Below are positions 1-12,084 of a DNA stretch of 64,000 nt, one piece after another; the first letter of the stretch is position 1, and each line of letters begins with the position of its first letter. The position numbers and the translations under genes were made by a program. Source of the stretch: Haliotis rubra. Lineage: Eukaryota. The notes under the pieces are model-generated. The model saw only the letters and a list, made by a program, of their open reading frames with translations. It did no database searches and had not been told where the DNA came from. Location of the stretch: assembly GCF_003918875.1 (NCBI RefSeq), contig NW_025766081.1, forward strand, positions 1,178,001-1,242,000, in the 5' to 3' direction.

Positions 1-436
1 GTCAAGGTTACAGACCGCCATATAGCTAGAAAATATTGTTGAGTGCGGCGTACAACTAAACTCACTCACTCACTCCTATTTGCATTGATCAGCGGTCAAG
101 GTTACAGAGCATGCTTCCGTTAGCGGCGAGAAGGAAAACATTTCCTTGACAGCCATACCACACGAAATTTGTTAAGGATACTGTTGATGGCATAGCTACA
201 TTTGCAAATTACAGTGGGTCTGAGTTGACAAAGTCCTTGCTAACTGTTCAGCCCGGGCACAGTATAACTGAATGATTAATTTTATGACCAGTATCTGTAT
301 TTTATTGACGCACTACTGAGTAATAACCATCATTCTGCAGTCTAATATGCAGTCCTTAACCAAAGTTGAGTAGCATAAATTTAACAATTTTGTGTACACG
401 TTGTGTCTAGGCTTATGTTCACTCTGTGTTAAAGGA

Positions 437-602
437 GTGAGTGAGTGAATATAGTTTTACGCCGCTTTTAGCAATATTCCAGCAACATCAGGGCAGGGGA
501 CCCCAGAAATGGGCTTCACACATTGTACCCATGTGGGGAATCGAACCCGGGCCTTCGGCGTGACGAGCGAACGCTTACCCACTAGGCCACCCAAACCGCC
601 TG
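437..602 (-). mobile_element. tRNA-derived SINE, family A (full length)
   Basis: Reverse complement has an A-box-like GGCCTAGTGG, B box GGTTCGATTCC, tail GCTGGAATATTGCTAAAAGCGGCGTAAAAC and (ACTC)n; TSD GTGTTAAAGGA at 426-436 and 603-613. Confidence 0.9.
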
Positions 603-1851
603 GTGTTAAAGGAACAGAGATCCTTATAATTACCCATTGAATGTACTTAAACTACCGTCTCTACCGAAGTAATCGATAGAACAAATTATGCAGAATTAAT
701 ATTGTTACATTAATATTGGTCGGGTATCAACCATGTAGTGTTATTATTACGCTTATATACTATTCATATAAAGTGAAGGATATTCCATTTTGAGGATTAT
801 TATTTGGAAACCAAGCTGTATGATTGTACATAGATTTAGAAAATCATAATTCTATTCACAACGTGTTATGAATATGTTCCGAAAAATGTCCAGGTTCCAG
901 ACACTGAAATTATGAATGAAGAATTCTTGGAATTTGGTGATGACCGTATCGACCATGATTTGCAAACAACAAAACATTTGGATCAAATTCAGTGAAAACA
1001 CGCTCAAATGACGATCAACAATTCGTCTCGTGGTGCAGAGTTTAGCCTGTCTCAAAGTCCCTGGACCGCATTACATTCCCTTCCGCCCAATACTTTCCGC
1101 AATGCTAAAACTCCAAACAATGCAAGTCCAGATTGCCCAGGTTATCTCGCTTCTCACATGGGCTCATTTTCAATTTAACGGAAATTATTTCACATTTTGA
1201 AACAGCATTGGAGGAGCCGAACACTGACTCCTCCTTTGCCGAGTCTCAAAATACAACGCCCCCGCCAAGAGTGGCTTCCTGGGTATAGTCTGCGCTTGCG
1301 CTGTACTGCTGTCGATAAGAAGGCCCCAGGACCGGGCAACTTGCACACACAGCAGATAACGGTTCAGTTGGAATAAGCATAGTCTGTCATACAGACCCTG
1401 AAACAAATATATTCCGAAAAGCCCATGCAAGTCAAGAATATGTGGCAAGTCATGAGGTTAGGCAGTTTACCAGTCGAAAATGGTCACGACAGGTGAATTG
1501 AACGTCAATGTGTATGATTCAACCGAACGTCTTATTGCACAAATTCTAGCTTCGGGCGTAGCCTGTTTTATCATCGAGTAGACTTGCACAAGTCCCTAGG
1601 GTAAGGATTAATAGTTTAAAGGATAAGTTCTAAAATAAATATTAATAAAAAGAACACACTGTCCCTCTAACAGACAAGCATCCTTACTGTCCCCTTATCT
1701 AGACTTGCCTCTTTGAAAGATAGAATTACTATACATCCATGGGCTAAACCTTCAGTACAACCTTGGAGCAAGTCAGGCGCCATCTTCGTCGACCAAGTCA
1801 GCGAGCATTACCACCATCCTTCAATTGCCTCTTGCGACAATCACAAGTTAC

Positions 1852-2620
1852 TTCTTTTTTTTTTTTTTTATGTAAAACTATTAGTTCAATGCAAACATGT
1901 AGGGTCTCAGTAAATAATCAATAATACTTTAGTATAATTATACAGTGTCAACATTGTTACACATACATCGAAATAATTTACCTATTCAACGGTTCTAATA
2001 GCATGTGGAGGGTGGACCATAGTTTTAGAAAGTAGGCTTTCTGGTCACGATTAATATATACATATTTTGTCCTATTATATTATTGTATGATTTGTCTCTT
2101 GATGTATGAAATATTTGGAATGAAACTTTTCTTACTACAGTTGTATATGGTATTCTTGACTAAAATAATTATCTCATTTAGTGCATAGTTATGTTTTCCT
2201 TTAATCCTTTAATTACCTGGGTATTTGTAAAACTCAATTCTACGTCTTCAGTTCTGAGCCATAATTTTATTTCACGCCTTATGTTTTTTACCTTGTCACA
2301 CTCCCAGAAGATATGATAAATTGTTTCGTCATAATCGTTGCAGAAGGTACATTTAGGGCTATCCACATAGTTTATTTTGTAGAGGAAATGTCTCATTGGC
2401 AATATTCTGTGAATGGTTCTGTACTGCAACCATCTTAATTCGGTACTTGGAGTACATTTATTTGCGATCGAGTTGAAACATTTCCAGTCAAAGTCCGAGT
2501 AGTGTGAACCAGTGACGTGTTCCCACTTATCATAACAAGGGAGTTTAACAAACCGTGAATCAGCTAGCATATCGTATACTTTCTGATGTCCAAGGAGATT
2601 GTTTGTACATTTCATTATAA
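1852..2620 (-). mobile_element. L1/Tx1-type LINE 3' fragment
   Basis: ORF 2178-2615 has the zf-RVT-like motif LRWLQYRTIHRILP...CTFCNDYDETIYHIFWEC; poly(T) run near 1855-1869 is the poly(A) tail on the minus strand. Confidence 0.8.
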
Positions 2621-3279
2621 ACGGATATCACAGGTTACTGACCAGTATCATTCCAACCCGGATCTCCACTGGTCAGTAGGGTCAGTCACTGAGATTAACC
2701 TCGCTTTCAGCAATATTCAAGTTATGTTACACACTTACAGCGAGTCATCGTGATGTGGAATGAGAGCTCGAAGAGATGCAGTACTTAGGCGTTTGATAAC
2801 ACTCTCTTATAACAGCCACAAGGACGGATATCTATGGCACATGAGATGGCCGCGCCAACCTCACTTCCTCTTTGACCTATTCACAGAGTTGTCGAAACCC
2901 TTGAGGATCCTTGTCAATAATGGAGCCGGGGCCAGACAACCCAGTGATGGACATAATGAGCATCGATGTTCGAGTTGGGACCAGTGACTCACATAAACCT
3001 GACCACCCGATCCTTTTGCATCTTATGAGTGAGTCAGTTTATTTTTACGCCGCACTCGACAATATTCCAGCAATTTTGCGGCTGCATCTTATGGTATATA
3101 TGTATTGCTGAAGACCAATTCGATCCGGGACGTGCACTTGCGGACAGAAGACACGAGTGGTCCTGTCGTCAAAGTCGCCGCAATTCGCCACGAAGAGTGA
3201 GTGAGTGAGTTTAGTTTTACACCGCTTTTAGCAATATTCCAGCAATATCACTGCGGCGGTCACCAGAAGAAGAACGCGT

Positions 3280-3470
3280 GACAGTGGATTCGAACCCAAT
3301 TAGCCCCGTTCATCAGTTTTCAGGAGCACACCGCGCCTAGGTTACACCAAACTGGCAAACATGTGAGACTTCGGGCGTTTCTCCCACATTAAACAGACAC
3401 AGATTCACATAATTGGTCAACTGTTAAAAGTGGCGTTAAATCCAAATTACTCACTCACACACTCTCTCAC
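3280..3470 (+). mobile_element. Degenerate SINE-like element, distinct from families A and B
   Basis: B-box-like GGATTCGAACCC, internal GGGCGTTTCTCCCACA, tail AAAAGTGGCGTTAAA followed by (ACTC)n. Confidence 0.45.
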
Positions 3471-4260
3471 CCATGTACCTATCCACCCACTCACTCACAT
3501 GAAACATCAATATAAATGTATTTATAAGAGCAACATGAACCCACTGAACTATGACGAAGAGTTTATCGCCAACTCTATGAAGACACGAGCATATGTGATT
3601 AGACACCTCAATTGAAATCGTGTATGTCAGGTTGAAAATAACTACCTGCTTGTGAGAATTAAGATGGGGTTCAAGTGTGGCACCGAGGTTTATAATTATC
3701 TCAAGAAGATGGTTTTCGTGCGGGGCGCAGCAGTTGTGTGTGTTATGGGATGGTTCCTTCAGATGACTGGTTTAACGAGTTCAGTCAACAGCTGCCAAAG
3801 TCAAGCCCCATGTATTCTTGGGACTATACATTTTTCGAAAACTGAAGAACCTGCAAGTAAGTGTTTGTTTTCGTGCGCCAAAGAGAAACGGATTTATCTG
3901 AACAGTTCCATGGCCATCCTTACATCATTATTTTCCGCACCATCTAGAAAAAAGCTTCAACAACAAATTGTTTATGTTTATTTTGCTTTTTAAACGGAGA
4001 CACCCACATACGAGGCAAGTCGAATCAGTGTCTTAAGTGCCGGGAGCTTCTCGCAGCATTCGGTTTATTGCTCTTACGTGATTGTGTGCGTGTGTTTATG
4101 CGTGTATTTATGCGTGTGCCTACGTGGACCTGTATAGCTTGTTTCTCTTCAAAAGATTTAAAAGGAAAACTTAGACCATCAGCATATTTATATGCAAGGT
4201 TGGATGAATATAATACTTTTGAATCGAACGAATTTCAAATGTTAAAGTTATCTGATTGCA

Positions 4261-4422
4261 GGGGCGATAGCGTAGCCTAGTGGTTAAAGCGTTGGCTCGT
4301 CACGCCGAAGCCCCAAGTTCGATTCCCCACATGGGTACATAGTGTGAAACCCATTTCTGGGGTCCCCTGCCCTGACATTGCTGGAATATTGCTAAAAGCG
4401 GCATAAAACCAAATTCACTCAC
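4261..4422 (+). mobile_element. tRNA-derived SINE, family A
   Basis: GTAGCCTAGTGGTTAAAGCG...GTCACGCCGAAG...GTTCGATTCC head and the family tail. Confidence 0.88.
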
Positions 4423-5104
4423 TAGTCAGTCTCGTGGTTGCAAAGCTTACTGTGTACAGGTATAGAAGATTATAACCTGTAACAAACATCCGCAGATGAA
4501 ACAGGACGGATGGATGTAGCCAGGACGGACGAAAGTACTCGACATACGCCATCTATCGGATGACGATAACTGATTATCAATGCTCGCCCAGAGAAGATCC
4601 GGGTTAGAATTGGTCTTCAGCAATCCATGCTGGTCGGGAGGGGATCGGTGGTCAGTCTCACTGACCTGATTGACACATGTCATCGTATGCCATTGCGTAG
4701 ATCGATGCTCATGATGCGATTCTTGAGAGGCATTTAGAAGTTGGTGAATATATAAGTCGAGTATATGGATGGCAGCTTCTTGTTTATTGTATATCAAAAC
4801 GTTTCTGGGCTACTTCTTGCCCCTTCTTCAGGTGATTAAAGACAGATGTAGAAAGCAAACTAGATATACCAGATTTACAGGTAGACAGATATGTACATGT
4901 ATATATATACAATCAATCACAGAGGACCGATCAAAAGCAGTGATAATTGGGATAAGGTAAAGTCAGTTGACACAAATAATGGGGATAAAGAGATGTGGAT
5001 ACAGCAGAGTAATATACAGCTAATTAAGTGACAATTAGATTTACAGGACGCCAGAGATGTACACATACATACATCGCTGGCGTCCACATCCAAGTCCACA
5101 TCCA

Positions 5105-5657
5105 CATATGCTACCTTTAAGGATGAATATCATCCTGAATTTTATTTATTTTGCCACATGCCTCGCTCTTATAGACGTGCTTTAGCACTTTTTAGATGTG
5201 GTATTGCTCCTCTAAGAGTTGAAACTGGACGTTATAATTGTACTCCTCTAAAGGAAAGAACATGTTTTTACTGTAATGATTTTATTGAAGATGAATGTCA
5301 TGTTTTACTGCACTGTCCACTTTATTCTTTTGAAAGAGGTGTCCTTTTTAGTAAATGTGAGCAGCTTATTGTGAGTTTTTTTTGTCTTTTAGTGACTTTG
5401 ATGAGATCCGATTTTTACTGTCCAATCCACAGGTGTCTTTTAATACAGCCAAAACCTGCTTTCTTATCATTCGGCGTCGACATGCCCTTTTATACTCTTA
5501 ACTTCGTATTGTAAATATATATTCTTTTAGTTTTGTAGTTTATATGATATAGTCTCTCATAAGTCTGTAAAGATTGGCTTCACGTTTTATTATTCCCTTC
5601 TATGTACATATGTATGATGTTGAGGTGAGACTCAAATAAATGATCTGTCTGTCTGTC
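5105..5657 (+). mobile_element. RTE-X-like LINE 3' end
   Basis: ORF 5158-5514 FRCGIAPLRVETGRY...ERTCFYC...EDECHVLLHCPLY is a LINE ORF2 C-terminal zinc-finger region; ends with AATAAA and (TCTG)n. Confidence 0.75.
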
Positions 5658-5764
5658 TCTTTATCCCCATTATTTGTATCAAACTGGCGTTACTTTATCC
5701 CATTTATCATTGTTTTTATAACTGCTTTTGATCCGTCCTCTGTGACTGATTGTATATACATGTA

Positions 5765-5911
5765 CAGTGGAAGCCCTCTAAACCGGCATTCATTGGGCCA
5801 GGCACATAATGCCAGTATAGAGGGCGTGCCGTTATAGAGGGCGTCAAATTCTAGTGCAGATATTGAGAGCATGCCGGATTGGAGGGCTGCCGGTTTAGAG
5901 GGATTCCACTG
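5765..5911. mobile_element. Tc1/mariner(pogo)-type MITE
   Basis: TIRs CAGTGGAAGCCCTCTAAACCGGCA / GCCGGTTTAGAGGGATTCCACTG with TA flanks; absent from the paralogous left arm near 4891. Confidence 0.85.
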
Positions 5912-6157
5912 TACATATCTGGCTTCCTGTAAATCTGTTATATATAGTTTGCTTTCTACATCTGTCTTTAATAATCTGAAGAAGGGGCAAGAAGTAGCCC
6001 AGAAACGTTGTGATATGCAATAAACAAGAAGTTGCCATCCATATACTCGACTTATAGATGCTCATAATGTTGATCACTGGATCGTCTGGTCCAGGCTCGG
6101 TTATTTACAAACCGCCGCCATCTGGAATATTACTGATTGCGGTGTTAAAGAAAGAAC

Positions 6158-6180
6158 GCACACACACACACACACACACA

Positions 6181-6211
<31 letters not shown>
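6158..6211. repeat. Compound microsatellite (CA)n(CGCA)n
   Basis: Directly visible. Confidence 0.95.
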
Positions 6212-6213
<2 letters not shown>

Positions 6214-7571
6214 ACATTACGAACAAACCATTGGATTCTTCACGGATGTCGAACTGTATGCCGCAAATGAACATTTGCTAAAACACAGACAGTTGTGAGT
6301 GAATGCGTTGGTGTGAGTTTGATTGAGTGATGTTTTACGCCGCACTCATAACAGCTTAAATCATACAAAACAAATTGCTTTTATCTTTTTCACAATTTAA
6401 ATTAGGTTTACCTCGACAATCTAGACAGCACATGCATCGACCTGAACCGACCTGAATGATCTGACACAATATAGCAATTGTCATTTTTGTAAAGCGGACA
6501 CCTAACATAAATTTAAATAATGCGCCACGGCCCAGTTATGTAGACATCTACTGGCAGTGTTCTCATACAAATTTAATGTTTACGTTTTTTTAAAAAATGT
6601 ACGAATTGCGTAATCACTCTGTACCAGGATACAAATGCCGTTGTCGGGTTTCACAAGGGTGTTTTGTTGGTAGAGTGATAAGCCTACTAACTGGAGTCCA
6701 TATTATCATAATCATAAATGACATTAATATGAAATAGAATTTCAATTCTCCATGGCTAATTGATCACAATCACGCTTCACAATCACGTCCCAACATTGCA
6801 TTGGCCGTATGTGAACATTCTACCGAACGATATGTGTTTGTACAGATAACACAAGTGTGGGTATCTATGTTACGCACACTCTGAGGTGGGATTACCGTTA
6901 ACGCCAGCTTGTAAAGCGATGGGTGATCAGACCTGCTCACAAACGTTCGGCGCAAAATATTTGGACAGATGGAAAGTACATAGCCCTTTTAGTTCAAATC
7001 AAAGTTCTTCGAGAGGCAGGGAAATACCCCGTTATAACATCTACAGCGCCTCGTAAACTAAACAACGTTCATCGGAAGATTCGCAAATTAGTCATATATA
7101 TAGGATCATTGTAGTGTTATTTGGTTTGTTGTTAAACGCTAAAATCAGCAATATTCCAGCTATATGGCGGCAGTCTGTAAATAATCGAGTCTGGACCAGA
7201 CAATCCAGTGATCGACAGCATGAGCATCGATCTACGCAATTGGGATACGATGACATGTGTCAACAGACCAACGTAATGTGGCTGGAGTATTGTAGATTGT
7301 GACGTCATCAAACAAACACCAAACACTGTTTTTATCCCCGATCTTATGTGCGCGGATAATTCCAGCTACAAAGCGGTTCTTGGACAGTCAAACTGATGAG
7401 CACCCATCCACGACGGATCTTACAACCTGGTACAATGACTCTATTCCACACAGAATAATGGGGATTGGAAAAACCAATATGCCAAAATGTACTAGAAACA
7501 ACAGTTAGGCACTCTGAAAATAATGCCTAGTTCGCATGGAATCAGTCTATCTCGGAGTCCCCCAGAGTGCC

Positions 7572-7992
7572 ATCCGTGAAGATCCGGGTTAGAATGAGCC
7601 TTTAGTAACCCATGCTTGTTATAGAGGCGGGGCGGTGGGGTAGCCTAGTGGTTAAATCGTTGGCTCGTCACGCCGAAGACCCGGGTTCGATTCCCCACAT
7701 GGGCACAATGTGTTAAGCCCATTTCTGGTGTCCCCCGCCGTGATATTGCTGGAATATTGCTAAAAGCGGCGTAAAACTAAACTCAGTCAGTCAGTGTTAT
7801 AGAGGCGACTAACGGGATCGGGTGGTCAGGCTCGCTGGCTTGGATGACACATATCATCGGTTCCCAATTGCGCAGATCGATGCATATGCTGTTGATCACT
7901 GGATTGTCTGGTCCAGACTCGATTAGTTACAGTCCGCCGCCATATAGCTGGAATATTTCTGAGTGCGGCGGCGTAAAACTAAACTCACTCAC
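7572..7992 (+). mobile_element. Family B short retroposon interrupted by a family A SINE (7630-7794)
   Basis: 13-bp TSD TGTTATAGAGGCG at 7617-7629 and 7795-7807; removing the insert restores the family B consensus. Confidence 0.92.
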
Positions 7993-8573
7993 TCCCCAGA
8001 GCGCCATATATCTGCAATATTTCTGAATGCGGCGTTACCCAACCAACCAACAAAACAAACAAACAGACGGAGTTGACAGGTATCTATAACACCTGCTGTT
8101 ACAAGATCCATAAAATAAACTCTGTACGACTGGAGATACGGGTGGCACACCTGCGGCGCAGCAATTCGCCTGTATGGAGTTGCACCCCTCAGACACACCA
8201 AATTCTATGATCGCCGGTTCGATTCGCGGTGTCTAAGCTGTCAGTCACATAAGGGTACGCCTGGGTTTCACCAAAAAGATAATCGACGATAACCCGCATT
8301 ATATCTGGTTTTCATCCCCGTATCACGTCCATGTAAGGACGTGATACGGGATGAAAACCTTCCTTGTTTGAAAATTGTTGACCACCACGCTGAATTAATA
8401 GTGCAACGTTAAAATGGTAAAAACATTGACTTTTTAAGATTTCCAAAGGTTTGGAAAATTAAAGTTTCTTCATTCGAACCGACTAAGGAATTTTCAAGGT
8501 ATTTTTCTTTCAATGTGTAATTGAGGCACGCCAGATGAAACAATCTAAACAATTCTTACAATGTCAACAATGA

Positions 8574-8738
8574 TGAGTGAGTGAGTTTAGTTTTGCCCAG
8601 CTTTTAGCAATCTTCCAGCAATATCACGACCGGGGACACCAGAAATGGGCTTCACACATTGTACTCAATGTATGGAATCGAACCCGGCCTTCGGCGTGAC
8701 GAGCGAACGCTTTAACCACTAGGCTACCCCACGGCCCC
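8574..8738 (-). mobile_element. tRNA-derived SINE, family A
   Basis: Reverse complement of the family consensus including A and B boxes. Confidence 0.88.
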
Positions 8739-9685
8739 TCTACAATGGTGCTTGTGTGGAGGGAACTATTGTGTACGCTTTAGTCATCAACATTACAACA
8801 TTATCCCGGCGACATATGTAACCTACAGCATGCCGACAGGATATACTCTATTGTCGGGTTATGCCGAGACGACCGCAGTGACCGCCATCATCGCAGTAAT
8901 TAGATACGCGGTGTACTGTAACTGTCAACGGCGTCAGGCTACGGAAAAAGATTCTTTTGTTTCTCGTATATTTACATTTGTTTAGCATAGGATAGATGGC
9001 AATTCTCGACTCAGTTAAATGCTCTTGTCAAGGAAAACAAATGACCATGTCACCGAATATTTTTAAGAGTATATCTTATATTTGAAGGTTAAACAAAATG
9101 AATCTGAATTCGTTTCTGCAGATTATAATTTCAGTATTAACACACATAAAGCTGTCTAAAAAATAATATATTTCTATTGCAGTACAAAATTGTGATAACT
9201 GTTAGTCAACAGAACTAATTTACATAAAGTTCAATGAGTCAAGACCCTACTTGACTTAGTCACGAATGTTCCAGTTCAGGGTCCCGATCCACAAATCTGT
9301 TCGTACCACTACCTCATTCGCAATTCTATGATAAACTATATAGTTACGATAGCTCGTAAAGATACGAACGCTTTGTTGATCAGGACCCCGTTATTTCAAT
9401 AATTACAATGGTACAATACCATATTTACATACAGATGTTGATAATTCATGTCTATTTTGGAGGCTAACAGATATACAGTTCTGTATCCAAAGATGCATCA
9501 GTTAAACGTAAAGAGTAAAACTCAAATGAAACCAAAAGACGCGCTTAATTTCAGATCTGAGGCAATCTAGACTCTAGGATTTTGTTAGATTCGTCTGATC
9601 TTATGTCTGGAACCAGGGGACGGACTTATAATCGGTATGCTCCCTAGGTCCATTAGAAATGCGATTCTCATCGATTAGGTTCCTG

Positions 9686-9901
9686 GGGGCCCCGTTCCTC
9701 GAAGCGATCGTAGCGCTACGACTGTCGTAAGTCTATGTTAAAGTATGGGAGTTACGATCATCTTAGCGCTACGACTGTCGTAAGTCTATGTTAAAGTATG
9801 GGAGTTACGATCATCTTAGCGCTACGACTGTCGTAAGTCTATGTTAAAGTATGGGAGTTACAATCGTCTGAGGGGTATGATCGCTTTGAGGAAAAGGGGC
9901 A
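9686..9901. mobile_element. PIF/Harbinger-like MITE with three internal 53-bp tandem units
   Basis: TIR GGGGCCCCGTTCCTCGAAGCGATC / GATCGCTTTGAGGAAAAGGGGC, CTG flanks; units start at 9711, 9764 and 9817. Confidence 0.75.
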
Positions 9902-11355
9902 CTGGTTTTTTCCGCCAGTGAGGTAAATTAGCACAATTATGCACATTGTTTGTAAGTTGTAAATCAAAACTCTTGCAAAATATTCACCTAGTTATTAACT
10001 AATCCCCCAAAGCAGATGTGTACTTTCTTTTGTACGTCAGTTTACCTGAAACTTGCATTAGTTCAGGCTTTCCTCCAAAAGTAAACTGTCACGCCCCGAT
10101 ATAACCTAATATTAAAACTGTCCACGGCGTCGCTGAGTTCCCCACTCTTCCGAGTTCACGGAAACCAACATGTTCCGTTCATAGCACCAATAGGTTGTAC
10201 AAACAGATAGATGCTCAAGAATTGAACCTCCGATTCATAGTTCTGTATGTGGCAACAAAACCTGCCGGCTATGAAACCCCTCAACTTCAACTACGCAGGC
10301 ATCAGCGTTATAGCGAGGACATGTTGTGCATGAGGCCTGGGGACTATACAAGACCGTTAAGTAACGTGTGCATGATAATAAGTACATTTATGAAATGAGT
10401 TGATTTGATAACGCGCTGCGTTATTTCGAGGATCAGCTGTACTCAGATATGCAGTGAGCGCAGTGTGGACGTTTTATGACGGTTTTTCTGAGAACTGACT
10501 GAACTTCGTTCAAAAAGCGGAAAAGCTGTCTTCTTGTACCTAGACTTGGCTCTACTGCAACATGTCTGATACAGTCATGGATAACTAGTCCCGTAGAGTC
10601 TCACGAGATGAACTCACGAACGTGATTTGATGCTCGAAAGGTGATGAACTGAAGCTATAACTGGGGCCACTATCAACACAGCTCCCAACAACTATGGACT
10701 GACTGTTATTATGCAAGCATGCGTCAGAGGAAATACTATTGTCATCGATTTCGGATTAGGATTTAGATCTAATGTGAAGGTAGGTCTTGATAATACACGT
10801 TAACTTATGTGTGAATTTGTGCTGTGTTTATATTGTATCACCGTTATGTAGATGTGATAGTTATGATAAATCAGCGTTGTCGATTGTCATGTTAATGCAT
10901 CTGAATAAACTGTAATTTCATGTTATAAACATATAGTAGATGTGATATTGATATCTTCATCATGAGATCAGTTCCAATATTAGGACAAGATGATAAATTG
11001 TGCATTCATGAAGCCAACATGATCATGTGAGAGAATCACGGCATTCTCAAAAATATAGTTAAATGGTTACACGGGTAGTTGTCACGAAATGATGTTAGTT
11101 CTAAAGCAAGTCTTTTTCAGAATATCTAAGTAGAATCCCAGGTTAGTAATGATCCTCCTATATGCTTGTCGGATGTTGGTTCATTTCTCGGCTACAGTCG
11201 CAAAACTACTTATTTCGTTTTATCAAAACATCCTTGGAACACTATAGTTTTTTTGTGACAGAAAACACTCTCTGTGTTAGCAGTCGATGGATAATGGTTT
11301 CATTTTCGCAAGACTTTTCGGGGACAATTTTTTTTTCGATAACAATTGGTGGTTA

Positions 11356-11600
11356 GACGCCGTGCATATCCGGGTTAGAATTGGTCTTCGGCAACTGATG
11401 CTTGTCGTAAGAGGCGACTAACGGGATCGGGTGGTCGGGCTCGCTAGCTTGGTTGATACATGTCATGGTGTCCTACATGCGTAGCTCGATGCTCATGATG
11501 TCAATCACTTGATTGTCTTTTCCAGACTCGATTTTTTACTGACCACCGCCATATATCTGGTATATTGCTGCGTGCGGCGTTAAGCAACAATCAAAACCAT
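11356..11600 (+). mobile_element. Family B short retroposon
   Basis: ATCCGGGTTAGAATTGGTCTTC...TGTCGTAAGAGGCGACTAACGGG head through the GCGGCGTTAA tail. Confidence 0.88.
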
Positions 11601-12084
11601 CAGCTACGGAACAATGATATCCGATGCATTTCCTTATTTTAAATTGTACAGTACTTTCTCGATATTCTGACTAGCCTTTGCATGTATTTATGACAGGTGG
11701 CACCGGTTGTGCAGGATACCAGGTCACCTGGTATTATCAATATTGTTAAAGTGATTCATAAACACATGATCATGATTTGTACAATCGACTGTGTTTCAGT
11801 AAATATTTATTTTTAGATGTGGAAAAGGTTTTTCGCTTTTATTTACACATTTCACAACTGAGCTATTTCTCATCGAAAGTTCATTTTGTCACACCTATAG
11901 CTGTTAACTTGTGACCACTGAGTGTATTTAACCTCCATTTGCGGCTCAGAGCAGCAAATATTTTACCTCCAATGACTTTGATGAATCTATATTTCGTGAT
12001 ATATAATAACTGTTTCGGGTTTCACTGAACAAATATATCTTTCCCATTCCAGACATAATAAAGGTATCATCTTTGAAAATCACC

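Larger units (their letters stand above)
4750..6056. repeat. About 240-bp inverted repeat pair (4750-4992 and 5656-6056) enclosing a LINE fragment
   Basis: TATAAGTCGAGTATATGGATGGC...GGGGATAAAGAGA recurs as its reverse complement; the right arm is interrupted by a MITE. Confidence 0.85.

Noticed and set aside
852-1448. Minus-strand ORFs of 67 and 87 aa
   Set aside because: No recognisable domain or exon chain; possibly UTR or regulatory sequence, but unsupported.
7630-7705. tRNA-Asp(GTC)-like gene
   Set aside because: It has A/B boxes and a GTC loop, but is a multi-copy SINE head with tail and TSDs and no proper acceptor stem.
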